In this document: piece by piece, positions 28,283-38,388 of the stretch
Position numbering within the stretch: the first letter of the stretch is position 1
Layout of the letters: the number at the start of each line of letters is the position of its first letter
DNA from: an uncultured Kineothrix sp.
GTDB lineage: Bacteria > Bacillota > Clostridia > Lachnospirales > Lachnospiraceae
Direction: 5' to 3'
Length of the DNA stretch: 62,871 nucleotides
Assembly: GCA_964463365.1 (NCBI GenBank)
Contig: CAYXCV010000002.1
Coordinates: 1 to 62,871 of the forward strand
Notes under the pieces: model-generated
What the model saw: only the letters and a program-made list of their open reading frames with translations
Told to the model about the DNA's origin: nothing
Database searches by the model: none
Translations under genes and position numbers: made by a program

Positions 28283-29677
28283 TTAAAACTGGATTGGTTC
28301 CACATTGGATGTCAATACTTTCATTTGATATTCAGGGAACTGTTCAATAATCTCATCCAAACATTGGGTAGTATTATAAATAGTATCATGTGCTAAAAGA
28401 ATGACCTTCTTTCTTCCCAGGGTAGATTCTTTGGCATTGGTAATCAGTTGTTCCGGAGTGGATTTTTTTACTGCATCCTCAATACTGGCATTCCAATCAA
28501 AATAAATAAATCCCTTAGCGCTCATCTCTTTAATGATATCGTCTCTGACATTATTATTATATGCATTGATGCTGCCCCCAGGAAACCGAAAAAACTTCGT
28601 CTCTACACCGGTAACTTCTAATACCGCAGCATATGCTTCTTCAAAATCTTCAACGTAGCTTTTTGCGCTTTCATAAATATCTTCATATTTATGGTTATTA
28701 CAATGGATTCCAATCACGTGCCCCTCTTCTACAATTCGTTTGGCTGTTTCCGGATACTTACGAACACTTTCACCAATTACAAAAAAGGTTGCTTTGATAT
28801 CTCTTGCTTTTAATATATCCAGTATTGCATCGGTATGCTCTTCTGATGGTCCGTCATCAAATGTTAAATACATAGTTTTAGGGTGAAAATACAATTCAAT
28901 TCCCTTAGCAATTCCGGATGCTATCTGCTCCTGATACTCGGTGGTACACAATAGCTCACGTTCTTCCTTATTAGAAAGAAATCCTGTTTCAATCAAACAT
29001 GCCGGCATGGTTGTTTCACTGGTTACACAGTAATCAGCATCATCACGCAACTCACGTTCCGGTGCGCCTGTACTGTTTATAGTTTCACTATTTATCAGCT
29101 GAGCCAGTCTCTTACTATCCCTTGTTTCGTCCGCTCCATCATACCATGTCTCAATTCCGTTTACTTCTGATATTTCATAATAATTCTGATGAATGCTTAT
29201 ATAAATATCTGCTTGAAAGTAATTGGCCATCTTAACTCTTTCTTCTTTTGCAATATATTTATCCTCTTTCCTCGCCATCATTACTTTATATCCCATATCC
29301 GTCAGCTTTACATTGAGCATGTCCGCAATACTTAAATTAATATCTTTTTCCAATATTCCTTCCGCAGAACATCCCCCGTCTAATCCACCGTGACCAGGGT
29401 CTATTACGACAACCGGTACGTCAGGATCTTTTTCTATATCCGGAAAAGAAATTATATTTGCAGAAACAGTACTTTCGGACTTCTGTCGCTCTTCTGCCAA
29501 AGCCTCGATTGCCGGTTCTTCCGGAGATGCCATTACTTTTATTTCTATGAGTGTAAACGCTCCCCACATGCCGGCTACGACAAGCCCCAAACATAGCGCT
29601 CGCAATATTTTTTTCTTTTTTTTGTTTCTTCTTTTTCTGTAATAAGTTAATTTTTTTCTATTTTTCATTTGTGTCAC
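28283..29677 (-). CDS. Membrane-anchored N-acetylmuramoyl-L-alanine amidase (Amidase_3) fused to NodB polysaccharide deacetylase
   Basis: Basic N-terminus and TM; DPGHGG, EKDINL, SIHQN, LIETGF; then YLTFDDGP, GIHCNNH, FRFPGG, LAHD. Confidence 0.92.
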   Translation of the reverse strand: MTQMKNRKKLTYYRKRRNKKKKKILRALCLGLVVAGMWGAFTLIEIKVMASPEEPAIEALAEERQKSESTVSANIISFPDIEKDPDVPVVVIDPGHGGLDGGCSAEGILEKDINLSIADMLNVKLTDMGYKVMMARKEDKYIAKEERVKMANYFQADIYISIHQNYYEISEVNGIETWYDGADETRDSKRLAQLINSETINSTGAPERELRDDADYCVTSETTMPACLIETGFLSNKEERELLCTTEYQEQIASGIAKGIELYFHPKTMYLTFDDGPSEEHTDAILDILKARDIKATFFVIGESVRKYPETAKRIVEEGHVIGIHCNNHKYEDIYESAKSYVEDFEEAYAAVLEVTGVETKFFRFPGGSINAYNNNVRDDIIKEMSAKGFIYFDWNASIEDAVKKSTPEQLITNAKESTLGRKKVILLAHDTIYNTTQCLDEIIEQFPEYQMKVLTSNVEPIQF

Positions 29678-29715
29678 CCTCTTCGATCTTCATCGATTTC
29701 AGATTACACAAGTGG

Positions 29716-29757
29716 TGCATCATAATATCATCATAGTTGCATCATATTTGCATCATT
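29716..29757 (-). promoter_or_regulatory. Four phased direct repeats, putative OmpR-family binding array
   Basis: CATCAT at 29718, 29729, 29740 and 29751 (exact 11-bp period). Confidence 0.7.
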
Positions 29758-30583
29758 TTGATATTTTCAGAAAAATTTCGTTTATTCCTTCATAATAGCC
29801 TATTGTGACAATTGTATTTTCTTCTCCCATTCCGGAAAAGACATACTTTTTAAAATAAGAAGTGGTTTCCATCAATGGAGTTTCCGCTTCATAAGGTGTG
29901 GGTTTGCTAAGTCCCATGTAATTACTCCATTTATCAATGATAGAATCCGGGTCAATATCTTTCCATTCAAGAGTAGTTCTGGCATAAAACTCATATATCT
30001 TTCCATTATCTGCATCTATATAAGCATCTATCAGCCTGTTTTTTTTGTCGGCATTTTTCTGACTATTGGATAAATTCAATTTCCAGACCGCAACATTATT
30101 TCTAGGCTCCAACACATCAATTGCTGAATATAATACAGCATCATAAGCCCCCGCTTCTACTTCTTTTACTGAATCAGGCAGGATTCCCAACTCTTTTAGC
30201 ATATTAAGGCCTTTGTTGCTGGTCTCATAGATTTCCACATCTGTTATTTCTTTTCCTGATGGACCTTTATGATTCACTACAAATGCATAAGTTCCTGCCA
30301 ACTCCTGATATTCCGTATCTACATTTTCGTTTCTTGTTAAAGCATTTTGGTCACTTTCAGGAAGAATCTGACTATTTAAACATTTAGAAAGAATATATAC
30401 TTTTTCATTACTATTTAGAGAATAGCGATACCCTTTTCCGACCTCTTCCATAGATTCCGTATGCGGTACATCCAGAACTTTTTTATCATTGTATGTTGCC
30501 AGTGCTTCCGGTCCCCATATAGACAATATGACAACCAGACCGACAAACGCCAAAAAGGATATGTTAATGATTGATTTTTTCAT
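29753..30583 (-). CDS. Membrane-anchored extracytoplasmic protein, PepSY-like motif
   Basis: N-terminal TM; IDAYIDADNGKIYEF; ATGA overlap with the kinase stop codon. Confidence 0.7.
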   Translation of the reverse strand: MKKSIINISFLAFVGLVVILSIWGPEALATYNDKKVLDVPHTESMEEVGKGYRYSLNSNEKVYILSKCLNSQILPESDQNALTRNENVDTEYQELAGTYAFVVNHKGPSGKEITDVEIYETSNKGLNMLKELGILPDSVKEVEAGAYDAVLYSAIDVLEPRNNVAVWKLNLSNSQKNADKKNRLIDAYIDADNGKIYEFYARTTLEWKDIDPDSIIDKWSNYMGLSKPTPYEAETPLMETTSYFKKYVFSGMGEENTIVTIGYYEGINEIFLKISK

Positions 30584-31992
30584 GACATTTCCTCTCCTTT
30601 GATGGATAGAGTAAAGCTCATACAAGTACCTTTCCCTTGTTCACTTTCTATCTTTAATTTACTATGATGCAAAGATAATATTTCCACGCATAATGCCAAC
30701 CCTAATCCGGCACCATTCTTACTTCTTGCACGGGATTTATCAATCATATAGAAGGCTTTGGTTATATTATGCTGTTCTTCTATGGGAATACCCTCACCCT
30801 GATCTCGAATCACAAAACGATACCCGTCCTCCAGCAAATGCCCTTCTATCTCTATTATGCTGTCCGGCTCCGATGCCTTACAAGCATTATCCAATATATT
30901 AACTAAAACAGTCTTAATCAAATTAGCTTCGGCTCTTACCATTCCATGGTCGTAGGTATAATTAAACTGCAGTTTATAATTATCATCAAACATATTTTTC
31001 AGATAAAGGAAAAAAGATTCTGCTGATACCATCTGAAACTCAATTTCTCGGCGCTTGGTAACAATAATATCCAGTAAGCGAAAAGACATAGCCTCTAATC
31101 GTTTTCCCTCCGTATAAATATAATTTGCCGACATAAAACTCTTTTCTTCATCCAGCTTTCTTGAACGGAGCATATCTGCGTATCCGATAATAGAGGTAAG
31201 AGGGGTCTTCAGTTCATGAGCAAAAGCCGCCACAAAATCTTCTCTTGACTGAATCTCATCTTCCAGCTTATTAATGTTTTCTTCCAGAGCAATGGCCATC
31301 TTATTAAAATCTGTAGTCAACTGCCCCAGCTCATCATTGCTAACCTGTCTCGCTCTGTAATCATAATCTCCTGCCGCCATTCGCTTGGTCGCTCTGGTGA
31401 GCAGACGGATTGGTTTGGTCAGCCAGGAAGATATAATATACATGATAACCGTACCAAAAATAAGCATTATAATCGTTACTCTTCTGTAAACAGAGAAACC
31501 TAATGCCCTCTCTTTGAATACCTCTGTCACATCCTTCATCGTTTCCAAATACAAAACCCGGTCTAACGTATCCACTGAAATGCCCGACTGTATATAATAG
31601 TTATTTTTCAGTTTAATCACTTGATATGTCTTTGTATTGCTGTCTGTCAGCATTAATAAACTATCATCGGCTTCAAAACCATCGCTTACATACAACACAT
31701 TTTTCTGCTCATCACAAAGTCTTAGCAGACGGCTGGTACTATGCCCTCCGGTTTCCAGATTAGAAGCAATCTGCTCCACTCTATTGTCCTGAAGAACATT
31801 ATATTTTGTAGGTACGTTGAGCGCTGCCGTTTCAAATGCAAAACGCAGAATACTATTTTCATCCAAGGCTTGCTGTACTTCTCTGTTTAAGGATGTCTCA
31901 AATACAAAATTAACAAAATAAAATCCACTGAAGCCAAAAGCTATAGCCATAACTATAATTGTCCATAATAATAATTTTAATGAAAATTTCAT
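30580..31992 (-). CDS. Sensor histidine kinase (2 TM, HAMP)
   Basis: FAHELKTPLTSI, NILDNACK, DQGEGI, GAGLGLAL. Confidence 0.95.
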   Translation of the reverse strand: MKFSLKLLLWTIIVMAIAFGFSGFYFVNFVFETSLNREVQQALDENSILRFAFETAALNVPTKYNVLQDNRVEQIASNLETGGHSTSRLLRLCDEQKNVLYVSDGFEADDSLLMLTDSNTKTYQVIKLKNNYYIQSGISVDTLDRVLYLETMKDVTEVFKERALGFSVYRRVTIIMLIFGTVIMYIISSWLTKPIRLLTRATKRMAAGDYDYRARQVSNDELGQLTTDFNKMAIALEENINKLEDEIQSREDFVAAFAHELKTPLTSIIGYADMLRSRKLDEEKSFMSANYIYTEGKRLEAMSFRLLDIIVTKRREIEFQMVSAESFFLYLKNMFDDNYKLQFNYTYDHGMVRAEANLIKTVLVNILDNACKASEPDSIIEIEGHLLEDGYRFVIRDQGEGIPIEEQHNITKAFYMIDKSRARSKNGAGLGLALCVEILSLHHSKLKIESEQGKGTCMSFTLSIKGEEMS

Positions 31993-32648
31993 TGAGGTAC
32001 CTCTAAACGGTATCCAACCTTATATACCGCTACCAGACTGCTCTCCCATCCCATCTTCTTTCTAAGGCGCTGCACATGGAGATCCAGCGTACGGCTGTCT
32101 CCATAATAATCGCCTTCCCAGACCTTTTCATATAAGACTTCCCGGAAAAGAGCTATGTTTTTATTTTTTATAAAGAGTACCAACAGACCGAATTCTTTAT
32201 TCGTCAGTTCTATCTGTATTCCCCCTTTGGTTACTCTATGCGCCTCTACATCTACCACCACATCTCCTGCAGCAAGCAGCCGTTGGGTTTTGTTATATCG
32301 GCGCAGAACTACTTCCACCCTGGCAACCAATTCCACCACATCAAAGGGTTTCACAAGATAATCATCCGCACCCAACTTAAGTCCCTTTACCCTATCTTTG
32401 ACTTCATGTTTGGCTGTTATAAAAATAACAGGTACTTTCAATGGTCTGATATATTCCATAATATCAAAACCATCAATACCGGGTAGCATAATATCCAGTA
32501 GAATTAAATCAAATTTTTCACCTTCAATAAGAGTGATTGCATCCAATCCATCCTGAACAGACATGCAGTGATAGCCTGCCGCCGACAGATTTAAGTCTAT
32601 CAGATCACAAATAGCTTTTTCATCATCTACAATCAGTATCTTTATCAT
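31989..32648 (-). CDS. OmpR-family response regulator
   Basis: ILIVDDE, LDIMLPGIDG, GADDYLVKPF, RTLDLHVQRLRKK, VGYRLE. Confidence 0.96.
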   Translation of the reverse strand: MIKILIVDDEKAICDLIDLNLSAAGYHCMSVQDGLDAITLIEGEKFDLILLDIMLPGIDGFDIMEYIRPLKVPVIFITAKHEVKDRVKGLKLGADDYLVKPFDVVELVARVEVVLRRYNKTQRLLAAGDVVVDVEAHRVTKGGIQIELTNKEFGLLVLFIKNKNIALFREVLYEKVWEGDYYGDSRTLDLHVQRLRKKMGWESSLVAVYKVGYRLEVPQ

Positions 32649-33748
32649 GTCTCATTTCCCCATCCCCAATATGCGCGTACCTTCTCTACCAGTTCTCCCA
32701 GTGTATCGTCATCATTACATTGATATATTTTATTATAATCTGTTTCTATGGAAAACCCGCTTGTCCTCTGATAATAAATAGCATAGTCACTTTTAACAAT
32801 CAGCTCCCCCGCACTGCCTTCATAGCTATAACGGGCCAGAATAACAACATCACGCAAACTGTCTCCGTCTATATCTCTGCAGGTGATTCCTTTTAATGCG
32901 TAAAGATTATCATAATCACCCATTGGCTGAAAGCTCCATATAATATAACCCTGCTCATTTACTAAATAAATCATAAATATTTGATAATCTGACATTGTAT
33001 ATGTACCCGGAACAAGCTGAAGCCTGCCTAACTTTTCAAACGTTCTCCAATAACACTGTTCCGTAATTATCTGAAACCCATTCCCCAATAGTTCATTCAG
33101 AGTGTTAGCAGTATATAAGAATTCTGTGGAATAACCGTCCCTGACAAATGCTGTAATAAATTCAACACTCTTATTCATACTGAATCTGTTGATTTTATCT
33201 GATTGCCTCCAGTCTCTATAAAATCCCTGCTCATTCTGAAATAAAACATCCCCTACCTTATACTTCTTTCCTGCTGTCCCTCCTGACTCATTGGCACAGA
33301 AGGTAATCAGTATAATGTCCGTGAGGCCATCGCTATTTGCATCCTGAAATGAAACCGCTGCAATACCTCTATTAAACTGTTTCAGTTCACCGGAATTTCT
33401 GTGATTGGTCTCTAGCTGATCGCTCTTATATACAATATTTCCATCTCCCTTTGCTAAAAAGATAGCCAGGCGTTGATACTGCTTATCCATTGCGGGAATA
33501 AAAAATACATCACCAAAATTTTCTAAAGTAATCGGAAATATTTGCTCTTCAATTACTTGAAAGCCACAAGCACTGATATCCGTATCATTTTCTATCTGAC
33601 TGAATCTGTCTTGATAGTCCTGGTACTGCAAAAGTGTCTGTTTTAAATCCTCCTGCTCCGTATCTGCTTTCTCTGCCGCAAAGCTGCGTACAGGGGAAAA
33701 AAACAGTAGCATTATTAATAAACTAATATAAAACTTCTTATCTTTCAA
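32645..33748 (-). CDS. Secreted protein with internal duplication and FG-GAP/VCBS-like Ca2+-binding motifs
   Basis: Signal peptide ending SFA; DANSDGLTDI and DIDGDSLRDV motifs. Confidence 0.72.
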   Translation of the reverse strand: MKDKKFYISLLIMLLFFSPVRSFAAEKADTEQEDLKQTLLQYQDYQDRFSQIENDTDISACGFQVIEEQIFPITLENFGDVFFIPAMDKQYQRLAIFLAKGDGNIVYKSDQLETNHRNSGELKQFNRGIAAVSFQDANSDGLTDIILITFCANESGGTAGKKYKVGDVLFQNEQGFYRDWRQSDKINRFSMNKSVEFITAFVRDGYSTEFLYTANTLNELLGNGFQIITEQCYWRTFEKLGRLQLVPGTYTMSDYQIFMIYLVNEQGYIIWSFQPMGDYDNLYALKGITCRDIDGDSLRDVVILARYSYEGSAGELIVKSDYAIYYQRTSGFSIETDYNKIYQCNDDDTLGELVEKVRAYWGWGNET

Positions 33749-33887
33749 AGCGGCTACCTCTCACAAACACAATTCCTTTGCTTTTGTAATAATGTCATTA
33801 TAAGTCCCTTATTAATAGATAAGTATATCATAATTTTACTAATTAAGGAGTTTTTTCTATTTTAATTCAATAAATATTGATATTAAT

Positions 33888-34589
33888 TTAGCATTTTTCT
33901 TTTAGTATCACAGTGGTAAGATATCTGTTGTCTTCATCTATATTTTCCGCTCCACAAACCAGTCTCTCATTAGGCATTCCACAATTTGATATACTGTAAA
34001 CAATATGTTTCCCTTCACCTTCCTTATTTAAAAGCATCTGTTTTAACTTTCTAAGCTGCTTTCCTGACTTCATATATACCTTGGTACCCTTTAGATATAA
34101 GGTTTCCTCTATTTCATAAGATGCCGGTATAATATGTATCTGCTCCTTATTATCTGCCAGTGAAATGCCCATTGCTGCGGCTGCCGCACAAAAAGATGGC
34201 ACACCGCTTATCATCACAGGGTATCCTCCCCTAGAACGCTCTTTTTTGTGGATATAGCTATACGTAGAATATATCGAAGGATCTCCTATGGTCAAAAAGC
34301 AAATTGTCTTTCCCTGTTCTAGTAACGTTGAAATATCCTCATATATCTGCCTATGGGAATCGGTCAATTCCTCCTTATTTTTACTCATTAGAAACGGCAT
34401 ACATAATACTTTTTTTTCTTCAATTTCAGGATAAACTCTATATACAATCTGATACGCATAACATTCCTCCTTAGGTGCTGCTGGCAAAATAATTACATCA
34501 CTCTTTTCCAAACATTTTAGTGCTTTTAATGTTATTAACTCTGGATCCCCGGGTCCTACTCCGATTCCATACAAAGTGCCTCTCATCAT
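33888..34589 (-). CDS. cbiL: Cobalt-precorrin-2 C20-methyltransferase
   Basis: LYGIGVGPGDPELITLKA, FLTIGDPSIYSTY. Confidence 0.93.
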   Translation of the reverse strand: MMRGTLYGIGVGPGDPELITLKALKCLEKSDVIILPAAPKEECYAYQIVYRVYPEIEEKKVLCMPFLMSKNKEELTDSHRQIYEDISTLLEQGKTICFLTIGDPSIYSTYSYIHKKERSRGGYPVMISGVPSFCAAAAAMGISLADNKEQIHIIPASYEIEETLYLKGTKVYMKSGKQLRKLKQMLLNKEGEGKHIVYSISNCGMPNERLVCGAENIDEDNRYLTTVILKEKC

Positions 34590-35356
34590 GCATTTTTCCT
34601 TTCAAATAATAAATGCTTTCTCCCTTTTTCATCCATAAATACTTTTGTACTTACCTGAAACACATCATCGATTATTTTATGTTCCATAATCTCAGCGGGT
34701 CTTCCGGAAAATACATTTCTTCCCAGATTTAAAACCATCACCTGATCTGCCATCTGCATGGCATGATTCATGTCATGCACCACCGTTATAATCGTTTTCC
34801 CCTGCTCCCTTAACTGTTGCATTGTTTCAAATACTTCCAGTTGGTATTTCACATCCAGGTAAGTAGTAGGCTCATCAAAAAGATAGACCTCCATTGCTCC
34901 TGCCAATGCCATGGCAAGATATACCTTCTGCCTTTGTCCACCTGACAGTTCCTCTATCCTTTTATCCTTTAAAGGTAAAATCCCCATCTGTTTCATGGCT
35001 TCATGACAATATTCATAATCTCTGCTGCTGTAACGCCTGGGATAGGTGAGATGAGGAAATCTGCCATGAAGAACCAGCCTGGACACCGTTATGGCTCCGC
35101 CTATATGACCCTGGGAAAGATAAGATACATGTCTTGAAAATTCCTTATGTCCAATATCCTCTTTAGGCATATTATTTAAATATATTCTTCCGTCATAAAG
35201 ATTGATCAGTCCAACCATTGCTTTTAAAAGAGTGCTTTTCCCGCTTCCGTTAGGTCCGATTACCGCTGTAATTGTTCCTGCTTCAAATGTATGATTGATT
35301 TCATATATAACCGGACATCTTTGGTATCCGGCAGTTATCGTTTCCAGTCTAAGCAT
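34586..35356 (-). CDS. Cobalamin/Fe3+-siderophore ABC transporter ATP-binding protein
   Basis: GPNGSGKST, LSGGQRQ, DEPTTYLD, VHD. Confidence 0.9.
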   Translation of the reverse strand: MLRLETITAGYQRCPVIYEINHTFEAGTITAVIGPNGSGKSTLLKAMVGLINLYDGRIYLNNMPKEDIGHKEFSRHVSYLSQGHIGGAITVSRLVLHGRFPHLTYPRRYSSRDYEYCHEAMKQMGILPLKDKRIEELSGGQRQKVYLAMALAGAMEVYLFDEPTTYLDVKYQLEVFETMQQLREQGKTIITVVHDMNHAMQMADQVMVLNLGRNVFSGRPAEIMEHKIIDDVFQVSTKVFMDEKGRKHLLFERKNA

Positions 35357-36353
35357 TTCTCCCTCCCTTTTTTCTGCAAAGCAGCCAGAGGAAAAAAGGC
35401 GCTCCTAGTAAGGATAAAATAATACCCACCGGTAATTCATATGGTGCAAACCAGGTTCTTGCAGCATAATCACAGCTTACTAATAGCAGTGCTCCTAAAA
35501 TGGCGGAAGCAGGCAGTAAATATCTGCATTCTCCTCCCACCAGCCCTCTTGCCATATGGGGAACCATCAAGCCAACAAATCCAATGAGCCCTGAAAAACT
35601 GACGGCTGAACCGGCAAGTGCCGCTGCCAGCGCAAGGAAGAAAAAACGGTAAAAGGATACCGGCAATCCCAGTGTATGAGCTTTGTCCTCACTTAGAGAA
35701 AAAACCTCCAGTTCATTGTGAAACAGCATAGTAAGCAATAAAGATAAGCCGATTATCATTCCTGCATATTTAAGTACGGTAACATCTATTCCCTGCAGAC
35801 CGCCGATTTTAAAAGCATTGCTGGATATGAGGGATTCCTCACTCACAATAAAAATCGCATCAGAAACTCCATGTAGAATACTGTTTAAAGCAACTCCTGC
35901 AAGTACCAGTGTAATCTTAGAAAATCCCGCTTTTTTTCCCAGATTATAAACAAAGAGTACAGAAATGAAAGCTCCTATAAAAGCGGCTGCGGGTAATGCT
36001 GCATATGCAGTTGGAAACAGAAATCCACAAAGGACAACAGCAAATCCCGAACCGGCATTCACACCAATAATATTGGGACCCGCCAAAGGATTGTTTAAGA
36101 TGGTTTGTATAATGGCTCCTGCCACTGCCAGTGCCGCCCCTGCCAAAACAGCTCCTGCCACCCTGGGCAGACGTACATATAATAGAATTCTTCCGGCTTT
36201 AGTCATTCCTTGACTGGTTATAGCTTCTACCATATCCAACAGTGAAATTTGCACCGCCCCACCAAGTACCCCGATTAGAATCATGAGGATTAGAAGCGCT
36301 GTAAAAATTCCTATTTTAAATTTTATCTGTTTAATATTTTTGCTAATCTCCAT
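35349..36353 (-). CDS. FecCD/BtuC-family ABC permease
   Basis: VRLPR, NPLAGP, GLIGFVGLMVPH, ELPVG. Confidence 0.92.
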   Translation of the reverse strand: MEISKNIKQIKFKIGIFTALLILMILIGVLGGAVQISLLDMVEAITSQGMTKAGRILLYVRLPRVAGAVLAGAALAVAGAIIQTILNNPLAGPNIIGVNAGSGFAVVLCGFLFPTAYAALPAAAFIGAFISVLFVYNLGKKAGFSKITLVLAGVALNSILHGVSDAIFIVSEESLISSNAFKIGGLQGIDVTVLKYAGMIIGLSLLLTMLFHNELEVFSLSEDKAHTLGLPVSFYRFFFLALAAALAGSAVSFSGLIGFVGLMVPHMARGLVGGECRYLLPASAILGALLLVSCDYAARTWFAPYELPVGIILSLLGAPFFLWLLCRKKGGRNA

Positions 36354-37275
36354 ACAAATAATCTGCTAATATAGTATAGCTTTCTCCCCATCGTTCATTT
36401 GGTTTGTTATGAAACAATTCCTTTGGCAAAACATAGTAATGTTTGTTCTGTACTGCTTTTAACCCGTTCCACGCCGGGCTTCCTACTAATAGCTTCTCTA
36501 CCATATCGAGAGCCGCTTCCTGTGACTCACCCATGGTCGTTACAAATATGTAATCCGGATCAGCCTCAATAATTGCTTCCATACTCAAATCATCCAAAAG
36601 GTTATCCTTGCTGTCTGCTATATTGATACATCCCAAATCCTTAAGCATTTGCCCTGTCATACTGTCACTTCCTTTGGCTTTTACTCCGGTTGAATATGCT
36701 CTAAGAAACAATACGCTTGGTGAACTTCCATTCTGCTTTCCTATTTGATCCTCAATTTCTTTTCTGATATTCTCTGCATTTTGTTTATATAAATCCTTTC
36801 TGCCTGTAATATCTGTCATAATTTTCATCATAACTGAATAATCATCAAAGGTTTCCACTTCAAAATAAGCAGTGGTAATACCGGCTCTGTTAAGTGTATC
36901 CCTGATACTAACATGCTCTGCAATAGTCGCTGATAGAATCACAAACTCTATGTTATTGGTAATCATCAGCTCTATACTCGGATTTTTCATCGTTCCCAGA
37001 TTGACTATCTCTTCCATAACTGTTATATTTTCATTCGCATCCTCTGTGGTTGCGGCAACCGTACCACCGGCTAATATCCACGCATCTGTTAAGCTAGCTG
37101 ATAGGACTGCGGTTCTTTTTGAATTGTTTGTTGTTACCTCATAACCTAAATCGTCTATAAATGTTATATCATCTTCTTTATTTATCATATCGGCGGTGAC
37201 AGTTTTATTGCCGCAACCTGTAAAAAGTAGCATTCCTAAGCTTATAAAAACTGCATATAAAATTTTATTTTTCAT
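36343..37275 (-). CDS. ABC substrate-binding lipoprotein (BtuF-like)
   Basis: Lipobox FTGC, TFIDDLG, ADPDYIF, LKAVQNKHYY. Confidence 0.88.
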   Translation of the reverse strand: MKNKILYAVFISLGMLLFTGCGNKTVTADMINKEDDITFIDDLGYEVTTNNSKRTAVLSASLTDAWILAGGTVAATTEDANENITVMEEIVNLGTMKNPSIELMITNNIEFVILSATIAEHVSIRDTLNRAGITTAYFEVETFDDYSVMMKIMTDITGRKDLYKQNAENIRKEIEDQIGKQNGSSPSVLFLRAYSTGVKAKGSDSMTGQMLKDLGCINIADSKDNLLDDLSMEAIIEADPDYIFVTTMGESQEAALDMVEKLLVGSPAWNGLKAVQNKHYYVLPKELFHNKPNERWGESYTILADYLYGD

Positions 37276-38083
37276 AACCAGTTACGTCCTTCTCTGCCTT
37301 TATCAAATGTTTGATATATATTTCCCGAATCTTTTCATACTCTCCGATTCCACACAACATGCATTCCGTCTCATAGCCTGCCTCTGTTAATTCAGTCAAA
37401 AAGGATTTTCCTTCTCCTGCCATGTCATTTCTGGCATGTTCTCCTGCAACCAACATAAAGGGAAGAAGCAATATGCCTGAGTTCTTCTGTCTTATCCTCC
37501 CTATAATATCTTCTATTTTAATTTGCCCTTCTACGGTAGCGATATAGATTTCTCTGCCTGCATACTCTCTAAGTGCCTGTTCCATTTTTTTGTAACTGGT
37601 ATCTGCCTTGTGATAAGATCCATGTCCCATGAAGATAACAATACGCTCCTGCACAACGCCCACAATAGAATCCCACAGTGCTTTGGCTACCTCGGCATAG
37701 TCTTCCTCATGTTCTAATAACGCACCAGCCATTATAAGCGTTTCAAATTCAGATTCATATTCTTTGGCAATCTGTTTTACTTTATTATTTTCTACCCCAT
37801 CAATAATATGAGTTGGTAGGATGACTACTTGCTTGATACCGTTTTGCTTCATTTGCTTTAAAGCCTCTTCCGTATCCGGAATAATTATTCCATCCTTTTT
37901 TTCTAAGATTTTTCTAATTTTATCACTGGAATAGGCTTGCCGGACTTCACAGTCAGGGAATTTTTCCCTGACTGCTTTTACTATTTCATCTATGTTTTTC
38001 TCTCTGGTATCCTGATAGGTTGTCCCAAAACTGACAATTAAAATACCCTTTTGTTTATCCCTATTTTCCTTACGCATTTCCAT
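37265..38083 (-). CDS. cbiK: Sirohydrochlorin cobaltochelatase
   Basis: ILIVSFGTT, FMGHGS, PFMLVAGEHARNDMAG, GIGE. Confidence 0.95.
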   Translation of the reverse strand: MEMRKENRDKQKGILIVSFGTTYQDTREKNIDEIVKAVREKFPDCEVRQAYSSDKIRKILEKKDGIIIPDTEEALKQMKQNGIKQVVILPTHIIDGVENNKVKQIAKEYESEFETLIMAGALLEHEEDYAEVAKALWDSIVGVVQERIVIFMGHGSYHKADTSYKKMEQALREYAGREIYIATVEGQIKIEDIIGRIRQKNSGILLLPFMLVAGEHARNDMAGEGKSFLTELTEAGYETECMLCGIGEYEKIREIYIKHLIKAEKDVTGYEK

Positions 38084-38387
38084 GATTGTTCATCCATTTC
38101 TTGCGTTCTACCATACGTCCGATACAAAATGCCAAAATACCAACTCCTAATCCCGTCTGTAAACAGAAGAACAAACTTTCCACTTCTCCAGGCAGTTCTC
38201 CGTTTATCATTGTTTCAAGAACAGGTGTAAACCAAGGTTCATAGCTTCCGGTTATCTCTTCTATCATAACGCTTCCTGCATCGTCTGAACCGCCAAACTC
38301 CGCACCCTTTAATGCAAACAAAGGTACTAAGGCAATAAGAACAGACAAAATAATAAGAATAATTACCACATGTTTCGTTTTTTTCAT
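38070..38387 (-). CDS. cbiN: Cobalt ECF transporter component CbiN
   Basis: EFGGSDD, YEPWFTP, GEVESLFFCLQ. Confidence 0.95.
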   Translation of the reverse strand: MKKTKHVVIILIILSVLIALVPLFALKGAEFGGSDDAGSVMIEEITGSYEPWFTPVLETMINGELPGEVESLFFCLQTGLGVGILAFCIGRMVERKKWMNNHGNA

Positions 38388-38388
38388 C

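Noticed and set aside
29716-29757. CRISPR array
   Set aside because: Repeats have an 11-bp period with no unique spacers and there are no cas genes
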